Of a stretch of DNA of 37,918 nucleotides, positions 1 to 8,500 are shown in pieces. Position numbers and translations under genes: made by a program. Positions within the stretch are counted from its first letter, which is position 1. Every line of letters begins with the position of its first letter. The notes beneath the pieces are model-generated. The model worked only from the letters and a program-made list of their open reading frames with translations, searched no databases and had not been told where the DNA came from. Source of the DNA: a virus (taxonomy: Duplodnaviria; Caudoviricetes); the IMG/VR virus record IMGVR_UViG_3300010148_000038, positions 1 through 37,918 of that record; one strand, written 5' to 3'.

Positions 1-117
1 ACAAATTTTGACAGGCTCGTATTCAAGACAAGAACCGACTTAAGCGACAGAAGTAAGCAACTTTTCCGAATGACATTCCAAATAGAAGTAGTAATATTAG
101 CAGAACTAATACCGTGA
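1..117 (+). CDS. 3' end of a gene cut by the window edge; probable tail terminator/completion protein
   Basis: Frame 1 is open from base 1 to TGA at 115-117 (TNFDRLVFKTRTDLSDRSKQLFRMTFQIEVVILAELIP*). It lies directly before the tail tube gene and ends in a beta-strand-like segment. The function is inferred from gene order. Confidence 0.5.
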   Translation, partial: TNFDRLVFKTRTDLSDRSKQLFRMTFQIEVVILAELIP

Positions 118-127
118 GATGATTTAA

Positions 128-2026
128 ATGCCAAGTACAGTATACAAAGGAGATATAGCAGAAGTATCTTTTGCACCCGAAACAGGTCTTGTGATTAGAG
201 GCACAGATGTGACAATGACACTTGCTACAAGTGATGATATTACTACAATTACTTTTTCAAGTAAAAATAATGATGATTTATTTGATACAAATCATAAATT
301 AAGATTTCCCGATAATATGCTTGTGGGTTCACAGGTAATATGGGAAAAGGGAACTACGGGAACTGTAGTGGCCGATGCTGACTTACCTAACTCCGGTACA
401 GGTGGTAAAACATTTACTATTGTAGAAAATAAGGGTGTTGAATTAAAAATTACTCCGGCTATGATAAGTAGTGGTGCTTTACATTCAAGTAATGCTTTAC
501 ATATTCTTCCTTACAAAACACCACCAATAGATTATCTTAGTGAACAATCTTCTACAGGTGCAGGTAATGGTGGTAAAGAGCGATGTGTAATAGACCAATT
601 TTTAGGTATTGCATCGGCTATCACACTACCGGAAACTAAAGTAGATTTGAAAAGATTTCATGTAGTTGGATTGGGTAGAGATACTTCAATACAAGTACCG
701 GGTAAGATGATTACCGAAGGTGGTTCTTTTGAAGTAAATATGCACACGGCAAGATGGCTTAAGTATTGTCTTGGTAATGAATTAATTTATTCACCCGATG
801 GAGGTTCTGTTGCTACAACTTTATCTGCGGCTACCGCAGTAGGTCAAAGTCATATTGATGTAGCAAGTGTAACCGGAATAAATGTTTATGATTATATTGA
901 GATAAGAGATGATGTATATGAAACATCTATTGTTAGTGACCATGAACCCGATGCCGGTAGATGGGATAATACTTTTACTCTAGCAAAATTCGATAAAGCA
1001 TATCCTCATGAGTGTAGAAGAGTAATTGGTATGTATGGTACAAGACTTTATCTTGATGAACCTTTGAATTTTCATCATACTACAGGTAGACCTGTAGAAG
1101 TAAGAGACTTAAGTGAAGATGGTACAAATCCTGTAAAAATTGTCAATGGTACTATAACTAATCCAAAAATGCACTTATTATATTCTAAATCTACTTTACC
1201 GTCTTTTTGTATTGAAGTTTCTCAAAGAAGAAGAGATATTGATTCCGATGACTCTACTACAGACGGTGGAGTAGGAGATACTAAAGAACTAACTCGTGTT
1301 TACAGGGGTTGTAAAGTAAGTGACTTTTCTATGACAGTAGATAATGATGCCGCACTTAAATTATCAGTTAATTTTAATTCAGCACTTTGTTATACAGATA
1401 CAGGTCGTTTAGAAGGAACACCACTAACACGATACGGCGCACACCGTATGTTTGATGATACGGCTTCTACTAATGAAGGGCGAATCAATTCCGGTATAGG
1501 AGTAGGAACTCAAAAACCATTTATGTTTTACAATGGTAGTGTACAACTTGGCGGTGTACAAGTTGCTCAAGTATTTACTTTTACTCTTACAGGAACTACA
1601 GGAGTAGTTTCTCATCACACTATCGCAGGTTCATCTCAAGCCGCAGGTAGCGGTTTAACAGACCAAGTACCATTTGCCGGTTCTCGTAATGCTAACCTAA
1701 TGGTAGAAGGCCAAACCACTTATGAAATGACTATGGAGATAGCAGTTGATGACCCTATATTCTTCCACAAAATGAGGACAGGTGCAGAATTTAGCACTAA
1801 TTTAGATGGTACAGGTGCTAATAGAGTTCTTATTGAATTTGAAAAGAACCGTATTGGTAGTACTGCGGCAGGTGCAAGTGAAAAGATGTTGTTAATTATT
1901 GACGACTTTTACATCACAGAAGCACCTATACAGATACCGGAAGACAAAGGTGTAGTAAAATCCGCTATGAAAATCATGGCTAAAGCAGTAAAGGTTATTG
2001 CTCGTGATACTTTGCATAAATATTGA
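128..2026 (+). CDS. Major tail tube protein with inserted domains (632 aa)
   Basis: Tail-tube-like segments: EVSFAPET, GGSFEVNMHTARWLKYCLG, LPSFCIEVSQ, RVYRGCKVSDFSMTV..LKLSVNF, PFMFYNGSVQLGG, YEMTMEI. It sits upstream of the chaperone pair and tape measure gene. SD-like GAGATGA precedes the ATG. Confidence 0.7.
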   Translation: MPSTVYKGDIAEVSFAPETGLVIRGTDVTMTLATSDDITTITFSSKNNDDLFDTNHKLRFPDNMLVGSQVIWEKGTTGTVVADADLPNSGTGGKTFTIVENKGVELKITPAMISSGALHSSNALHILPYKTPPIDYLSEQSSTGAGNGGKERCVIDQFLGIASAITLPETKVDLKRFHVVGLGRDTSIQVPGKMITEGGSFEVNMHTARWLKYCLGNELIYSPDGGSVATTLSAATAVGQSHIDVASVTGINVYDYIEIRDDVYETSIVSDHEPDAGRWDNTFTLAKFDKAYPHECRRVIGMYGTRLYLDEPLNFHHTTGRPVEVRDLSEDGTNPVKIVNGTITNPKMHLLYSKSTLPSFCIEVSQRRRDIDSDDSTTDGGVGDTKELTRVYRGCKVSDFSMTVDNDAALKLSVNFNSALCYTDTGRLEGTPLTRYGAHRMFDDTASTNEGRINSGIGVGTQKPFMFYNGSVQLGGVQVAQVFTFTLTGTTGVVSHHTIAGSSQAAGSGLTDQVPFAGSRNANLMVEGQTTYEMTMEIAVDDPIFFHKMRTGAEFSTNLDGTGANRVLIEFEKNRIGSTAAGASEKMLLIIDDFYITEAPIQIPEDKGVVKSAMKIMAKAVKVIARDTLHKY

Positions 2027-2031
2027 GGTGA
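2025..2031 (+). promoter_or_regulatory. Archaeal-type Shine-Dalgarno GAGGTGA
   Basis: GAGGTGA lies 4 nt before ATG 2036 and overlaps the upstream stop. It is complementary to the 16S rRNA 3' end (AUCACCUC). Confidence 0.8.
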
Positions 2032-2035
2032 AAGT

Positions 2036-2542
2036 ATGAGAACATCAGTAATAAAATTTAGTAAATTAGGACCGTTAAATTATGCCCGTTGGGTATGTGA
2101 AATGAATGGTGTAAAGTTTAGTGAAGAAATGATTTCTCTTATGGAAAAATATGACATAGAATCCTATGTCCAAGATAAGTTAGACAACCCACCTGTAGAA
2201 ACTACAGAAGAAGAAATAAACCCTCTTGTACAAGAAGAGGTAGTAAACCCATTCCCTGCTGATATTCAGCAATATGATTCCCTTAAAGTTATTGAATTAA
2301 AAGAACTATGCAAAGAGAGAAACCTCCCTGTGTATGGAACTAAAGCAGAACTCATTTTGCGATTGAAGCAAGATGATGAAGGGATAACAACCGAGACAGG
2401 TGAAACTGACGGCCTCGCAGAAGCGACCCCCGATGTAGAGCCGGAAGCCCCTACCGAAGAGGTAGCCGCATCCAATGGAAGTGAAATAGATGAAGAAACC
2501 ACAGATAGTGAACAACAAGAGCCTATTATTGAAGAAGAATGA
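2036..2542 (+). CDS. SAP-domain protein with acidic disordered tail (168 aa)
   Basis: YDSLKVIELKELCKERNLPVYGTKAELILRLKQ matches the SAP consensus (LxVxELKxxLxxRGLxxxGxKxxLIxRL). It has a strong SD and an E/T-rich C-terminus. Confidence 0.85.
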   Translation: MRTSVIKFSKLGPLNYARWVCEMNGVKFSEEMISLMEKYDIESYVQDKLDNPPVETTEEEINPLVQEEVVNPFPADIQQYDSLKVIELKELCKERNLPVYGTKAELILRLKQDDEGITTETGETDGLAEATPDVEPEAPTEEVAASNGSEIDEETTDSEQQEPIIEEE

Positions 2543-2864
2543 TATAACTAAACATCAAATAGGGATAGACCCTAAAGATGAAAGTTTAGTTATGGAAGTG
2601 TGTATTAGGGATATATCTTTCCTTGACATACAAGCCGCCGCCCAAGAAATGTTTATGATAGACAAGGGCGATGTGACTATGAATTTGAAAGGCTATTGGA
2701 AGTTCGCTTTTTCCAATTGGATAACAGAAACAAACCCGTCTTTAACGACAGATGAATTACTTTCCCTAAGTGGGTATGTAGGAGAACAAATATCTAAAAT
2801 TCTCCCTCAACCTAACGAAATTGCGGAGGCTTTGCAGGGGGGGTTTACAAAGCCGAATCAGTGA
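2490..2864 (+). CDS. Tail assembly chaperone, gpG-like (124 aa)
   Basis: It lies between tail tube and tape measure genes, has a typical size, has SD-like GGAAGTGA upstream and ends just after a G7 slippery run. Confidence 0.65.
   Translation: MKKPQIVNNKSLLLKKNDITKHQIGIDPKDESLVMEVCIRDISFLDIQAAAQEMFMIDKGDVTMNLKGYWKFAFSNWITETNPSLTTDELLSLSGYVGEQISKILPQPNEIAEALQGGFTKPNQ
2837..2846 (+). other. Candidate programmed -1 ribosomal frameshift site (G GGG GGG TTT)
   Basis: An in-frame X XXY YYZ heptamer is at 2837-2843. The -1 frame is open from 2816 to 3136 and is the frame of the next ORF. An internal GGAGG sits at 2825-2829. Confidence 0.65.
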
Positions 2865-3136
2865 ATGTTCAAAAATTTCTAAATAAAAAATCCTTTGAGG
2901 AATTAGAAGATATTGAACTTCAAGCGGAGTACTTCGCATACACGGTGGCAAGACATTATAACATATCACTTCATGATGTGTATAAGATGCCTTTACCTAT
3001 TTTCAAACAATCACTAAAATGGGCGATGGCGATAGCCGAAGAGAAAGAAAAAGAAGAGAAAAAACAAGAACAACAATCAAAAGCAGGGGATAGAGAAGTG
3101 GTAGGATTAGATTATTCATTTTTAGATTGGGAGTGA
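2861..3136 (+). CDS. Tail assembly chaperone, gpT-like part (probably made as a ~215-aa G-T fusion)
   Basis: It is in the -1 frame relative to the upstream ORF and has a GTG start with no clear SD. The helical VARHYNISLHDVYKMP segment and charged tail are typical of gpT-like segments. It directly precedes the tape measure gene. Confidence 0.6.
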   Translation: MNVQKFLNKKSFEELEDIELQAEYFAYTVARHYNISLHDVYKMPLPIFKQSLKWAMAIAEEKEKEEKKQEQQSKAGDREVVGLDYSFLDWE

Positions 3137-3140
3137 TTAG

Positions 3141-4172
3141 ATGGCACTATTAGCAACACTATCCTCTATGTCCTCTATCGTAAGCGGTATAGGTCCGGCA
3201 TTCCAAATGATAGGTCAAGTAGTAGGTAAGGTATTTGGGGCAATAAAAGATTTCATTGTAAAGTATTTAGTAGACCCCATAAAAGATTTCTTTGAAGGTT
3301 TTAAGGGATTCTTGGGTGATGTTAAAGAAAAATTTGGTGATTTGTTAGGTTGGATTGCAGAAAAGTTTGATGCTTGGATAATACAACCTATTGCCGGTTT
3401 CTTTGAATGGTTAGGTGGTGCTTTAGGAACTGCTAAAGATAAATTCGGTGATATGTTAAGTTGGATTGCAGAAAAAATAGATTCTTGGGTTGTACAACCT
3501 ATTGCGGGTTTCTTTAGTATGGTTGGTAATGGTCTAAGTATTATGAAAGAAAAATTTGGTGATGCTTTAGGATGGGTTAAAGATAAAATCTTTAATGCGT
3601 TAGAAAAACCTATTAGGGCAATTGTTGATACAGTCACAGAAGTAAAAGATGCCATTACGGGTGTTTTTGATGGATTTAAAATTAGTGATGTATTTACTTT
3701 AAAATGGTGGAAGAAATTATTTGGTGGAATACTAGACATTGGTAAATCAATAATTGGTGGTCTTGTAGATATAATAAAAATGCCTTTTAATTTTCTAATT
3801 GCCGTTATTAATAAAATACTAAGTAAAATTAAATTTAAAATTAAAATACCTAGTTGGATTCCTAAAATTGGTGGTAAAAAATTCGGTATTGATTTAAGCG
3901 ATAAACAAATTCCTATGTTAGCAAAAGGTGGTATAGTAAACAAACCAACTCTTGCTATGATTGGTGAGGATGGACCGGAGGCCGTTATACCTCTAAATAA
4001 GAAGAATAATCCAAGTGGTGTAGGTATGGGAGGAACTTACAACATTACAGTTAATGCAGGTGGTATTACAGATAGAACTGATAAAAGAGCATTGGCTCGT
4101 GAAATTGGTAATATGATTCAGCAAGAACTTGCCCGTTCTATGGGTGGCTCAACACATAGGGGGAGATTCTAA
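3141..4172 (+). CDS. Short tape measure-like protein (343 aa)
   Basis: It has W/F-periodic amphipathic helical repeats and the C-terminal motif LAKGGIVNKPTLAMIGEDGPEAVIPL, common in tape measure proteins. It follows the chaperone pair. Confidence 0.75.
   Translation: MALLATLSSMSSIVSGIGPAFQMIGQVVGKVFGAIKDFIVKYLVDPIKDFFEGFKGFLGDVKEKFGDLLGWIAEKFDAWIIQPIAGFFEWLGGALGTAKDKFGDMLSWIAEKIDSWVVQPIAGFFSMVGNGLSIMKEKFGDALGWVKDKIFNALEKPIRAIVDTVTEVKDAITGVFDGFKISDVFTLKWWKKLFGGILDIGKSIIGGLVDIIKMPFNFLIAVINKILSKIKFKIKIPSWIPKIGGKKFGIDLSDKQIPMLAKGGIVNKPTLAMIGEDGPEAVIPLNKKNNPSGVGMGGTYNITVNAGGITDRTDKRALAREIGNMIQQELARSMGGSTHRGRF
3324..3656 (+). repeat. Three degenerate 111-bp (37-aa) tandem repeats inside the tape measure gene
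   Basis: Units start at 3324, 3435 and 3546: KEKFGDLLGWIAEKFDAWIIQPIAGFF / KDKFGDMLSWIAEKIDSWVVQPIAGFF / KEKFGDALGWVKDKIFNALEKPI. A more diverged unit precedes them at about 3213-3323. Confidence 0.85.
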
Positions 4173-5578
4173 TGACTAATGTTCCTGTTAGGTTTGTTAG
4201 AGCCGATGGTCAAACTATTCAATTACCCGTCACAACACTCACTTTAGATGTTGATAGGGGTACTATGGCTATGCCTTTACCTCTTCTTGGTAGTACTAGA
4301 CTTGGTGTAGATTTAAATTTATCTAAAGCGGTTATACTTATGGAAGGTGTATTTACTGATGATGATTTATTTAATATAGGTACTCCCACGGCTTCAAGTT
4401 CAATTATAGATTTTTCAAGAGCAGAAGAAGAAACGGGAAGTAGTATAAATGAAAACACAAGATTTGACAATGATAATGAAATAGAGATTATTTTACAGGA
4501 TAGAACTGTTGATGATTTGACAGGTGTAAGTACAGGTATAATGCTACAAAGCACCGATGGAACGGTTAAAACGCTATATGGTACTAAAAGTAGTGAATCA
4601 CATAGTCAATCTACATCTTTTGGTGTAGAAGTATATCAATTTTCTATAGGCACTACATTTGGTATTCAAGGTGCTAATTTAGCGGCAGGTGGTAGCGGGT
4701 ATTCTATAGGAAATAATATTGCTACTTCCGGTGGTGCAGGTTCAAATTGTAAAGTAAACATTACAGGTGTAAATAGTGGTGCGGTGACAAGTTTTACGAT
4801 TGCTCACCCCGGTAAAAACTTTGCAGTTGGAAACACAATCACCATTAGCGGGGGTGGTGGAGATGCTACTTTTACTGTATCTCAAGTAGGTACTGCTTTA
4901 ACTGCTACTCAAATGGCTAAAAATTTAGTTGCACTAATTAATGATGGTACACTAAGTAATCCTATCAATGAATACTCCGCATCTTTAGTGCCTTCTCCGA
5001 GTAGCGGAGAAAGTGATGTAGCAGTAAGAATAACACAAACTGTAGTAGGACCGGATGGTGATACTAACACACCTAAATTTACAGGTAATGCTTCCGGTTG
5101 GCCGTGGGTGTTTAAGCCAAGATTTAATACATTTGATGGAGGGTCTAATGCAGAAGGTGTATTTCATGGTATGAGTGCGGGGGATAAAGTAATGTCTTTG
5201 TATGCTACACTTAACAATTCAATACCTATGGGCTTGAGTGCAGGAGTAGCGTTGATAGGAGGTGCTGCTTCTGCGGCACTTAAACTAGGTGATTATATTA
5301 CAGGTATACAAATACCATTTAATTCTTCTATAAATGCCGAAGATGGTCAAAAATATAAACCTGTAAATTTCTTTATGCCTACGGGTGTGTCTGAAAATGT
5401 AAATACTAAGAGTGTGGAAAATGCAGTATCGGCTTCTACTAAAGTAGATAGTCCTTTTGATGGTGATGATAGGGCTTTTATTAAAGGATTTGTCACTAAG
5501 GCAACATTTGTTCAAATAGCCGGTGAACCTGTATATACATTCAACATACAGTTTACACCTGCAAATATAATTTTATGA
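4172..5578 (+). CDS. Distal tail / tail-tip protein with inserted beta-rich modules (468 aa)
   Basis: It is coupled to the tape measure gene by TAATG. The termini are Dit-like beta segments (VDLNLSKAVILMEGVF; FIKGFVTKATF..YTFNIQF) and the centre carries a Gly-rich GSGY-type module at 4661-4888. Confidence 0.5.
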   Translation: MTNVPVRFVRADGQTIQLPVTTLTLDVDRGTMAMPLPLLGSTRLGVDLNLSKAVILMEGVFTDDDLFNIGTPTASSSIIDFSRAEEETGSSINENTRFDNDNEIEIILQDRTVDDLTGVSTGIMLQSTDGTVKTLYGTKSSESHSQSTSFGVEVYQFSIGTTFGIQGANLAAGGSGYSIGNNIATSGGAGSNCKVNITGVNSGAVTSFTIAHPGKNFAVGNTITISGGGGDATFTVSQVGTALTATQMAKNLVALINDGTLSNPINEYSASLVPSPSSGESDVAVRITQTVVGPDGDTNTPKFTGNASGWPWVFKPRFNTFDGGSNAEGVFHGMSAGDKVMSLYATLNNSIPMGLSAGVALIGGAASAALKLGDYITGIQIPFNSSINAEDGQKYKPVNFFMPTGVSENVNTKSVENAVSASTKVDSPFDGDDRAFIKGFVTKATFVQIAGEPVYTFNIQFTPANIIL

Positions 5579-5583
5579 GGTGA
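5577..5583 (+). promoter_or_regulatory. Shine-Dalgarno GAGGTGA of the giant gene
   Basis: GAGGTGA lies 4 nt before GTG 5588, which supports that start. Confidence 0.8.
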
Positions 5584-5587
5584 TTAA

Positions 5588-8500
5588 GTGGTAGCAATAG
5601 GTAGGTCAAGCCACGCTTTCTTTTTTGATGGTGTAAGTGATTCTATACTTATACCTCAAGGTCGTTTTACTAAACTTGGTGATAATCATTCTATTGGTGC
5701 AGGTATGAATATAGTTAATAAAACATCACCATCGGATATTTTAAGTAAAACAGGAAAAGGTAAAGATGAAACTACTTTAATTAATAGTAAATTTGATAAT
5801 GAGTTTGCTATAGAAGCATGGGTTATTCCCGATTGTGGAGGGATAATTGTTGAAAGGGAAAGACAGTTTAAATTAGAAATTGGTACTGTAGATACACCCG
5901 GACCTGCTAAATTTACAGTATATTTAGACACTAAAAACGGTACAAAACCATTTGTACTTTCTACTGCTACTGATGTAAATACTAGATGGGATGGAATAGT
6001 TTTTCCCGAACAAGAATTTAGCGGTATACACGATTCATATAACCGATACGACTTAACTAACTATAACGACGCTACAAATTTAAACTTTAATCACAGACCT
6101 CTTTATCATGTTGTGGGTGCAGTAAGTAATAAAAATATTAGTTTATTTGTAAATGGAAAACTTCTCGTATCACAAACAAAACCTACAGATGCTAAGATGA
6201 CAGATTCTACTGCTCATGTATATGTAGGGGGTAAAGGTGGTGATTATAGAGGGGTAGTAGAATCTATTCACTTTGCTAATCGTTTTGATGAACAAATTAT
6301 AACTCCTAATGTACCTATGGATAATGGTACTACTACTACGGCTTTATATCGTTTTGAAGAACCTATAGATGTAATTGAAGAAACATATACAATTACTGCT
6401 TTGGGTAGTGATTCTGCTTCTCCTTATGCCGCCGCTACAGACGGTACAACTACTACTCTTACTATATCGGCTACAGATGCTCAAGCATTGATTGAAAGAC
6501 TTACAGGTAAACAATACGATTCTACAAACACTACAATAAATTTCACAGAATCACCTTATAGTATGGGTAATTATGCTACATATAATAATTATAACAATCC
6601 TAATACACCTACTGTGAATCCTATTCCTCATACACCATATAACATAATAATCAATCCGGGTGCTATAAATAGAAATACGCATAAACCAAACAATAGTCCA
6701 CCCGAAAGACTTCGTATACTTTCTATTAATGGTGCTACAGGAGTAATCACAGTAAATAGTATACATCTCGATTTCACTCTTGCTACTACAGGTTTACGAG
6801 GTATTTTACATTCAAGAACTAAAGATGTAGATGATTACTTTGTAGTTGTACCTGCTGATTTATTAATAGATTTAGTGACAGGTAAACCATATCAACCTCC
6901 ACATTTTAATACTCAAATTATAGATAAAACTGGTCAAATGATTTTAGATGAAACTATAAATGCTCAACATGGTATAGTATATTCTTCCCAAATGGCAACT
7001 TCAATATCACACCCTTTAAACCCATTTGCCGTCACATGGCCTACTACTCTTAATGAAAAATATCAAGTTGGACACAGTGGTAGGCATAAATTTTCTCATA
7101 TTGAAGGACATGAATATATGAGAAGATACCCAAGACCTACTTCAATGAAAATAGACCAAAAAATATCGGGTTCAGCAGATATAATAGAAATGGATTATGC
7201 TAACATTGCTAAAGGGATAGATAAATTATTTATTAAAAATCAACTTGCAGACTTTTATAATGAAAATTCTCAAGCCCCTATCACGAGTATAATAAATAAC
7301 GCTAACGCAGGTACAGTATTTACAAACGGTTTAATACCATCTAAAGAAGAAATAATCGCTATTACTGTTGATGACCATAAACCATTTATGTTAAAAGGTC
7401 CAATTCCTCAAGTATTAGATAGAAGTAGTTTAAATCAAAGTGAAAGATATTATCATCTAAAACCGGAAACTGAAAGTAGAGTAGCACTTCTCCATGTTCC
7501 AACTTTAAAATCTACACATAATCTCGCACCTTATGTAGAAATTCATTACAATGCTATAGATTTAACGGGTGACTCTATGCAAGCACAATCTACTAATCCT
7601 ACTCCTATGTTGATGGTAGAAAAAACTGTACCAAAAGGTAGTTTAACACTTACTGGTACAACTACAGTATTAGATGTAATTAAAGCAGATATAGCAGATG
7701 CAAACAAAGATACTACAATATATTCACCCGGAGGTTATATTGAACTCGCAAATCCTGTATCTAATATGGGTGAATATTTTACAGAAACTAACAGTTTAAT
7801 TGGTGATAATACTGGTGGTGCTGAATATGACATTGAATTAAATTTTGATTTTACACCAAGAAAAGAAGATTTTACTGCTGGATATACACCATCTAGTGAT
7901 TCAAATGCTCAACCTGCAACAACACCACAAGTTATTACAAGTTCTCACAATAAAAGTACTCATCCGTCTGTGTATCATAAGTTATGTATCGAACCTACTT
8001 CTGTAGATTCTATTACAACATTAACAGATTTAGGGAATACACAATTCAAAATGGGCGCTGAAACAATAAACACCGCTACTGCTACTTTTGATAAAGGCGG
8101 TGTTAATCAAGGTAGCCCGATATTTGAAATGTTCGATATTATAGATAATGTATATGTTAATACTTCTAGTGTATCAGCAAGAATTTATATTCAACCATCT
8201 AAGAAAACTAGAACTAATCAATTAGCAAAACTTCGTAATGGGATAGAAAAAGGTAAAACACCTAATTTAATATCTTTATATTTCTTAGCAAGTAGAACAA
8301 GAATACGCTCGGTTAAACAAATAAATGACAGTGAAAGTAATAGTGTAATTACTCAAGTCACTGCTACAGGAATTGTAGAAGAAGCGATAAATGAAACAGT
8401 TTCATTGATGGGTAGCGGTTCACCTAACTCTCATGTAGTACAAGAAATAGAACCTAATGCTCCTGTAGTTTCAATTACATTAGGTGGTCCGGGTCAAGGT

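Noticed and set aside
3215-3943. 242-aa antisense ORF over the tape measure gene
   Set aside because: It is the shadow of a repetitive, codon-biased sense gene, with no SD and no recognisable motifs.
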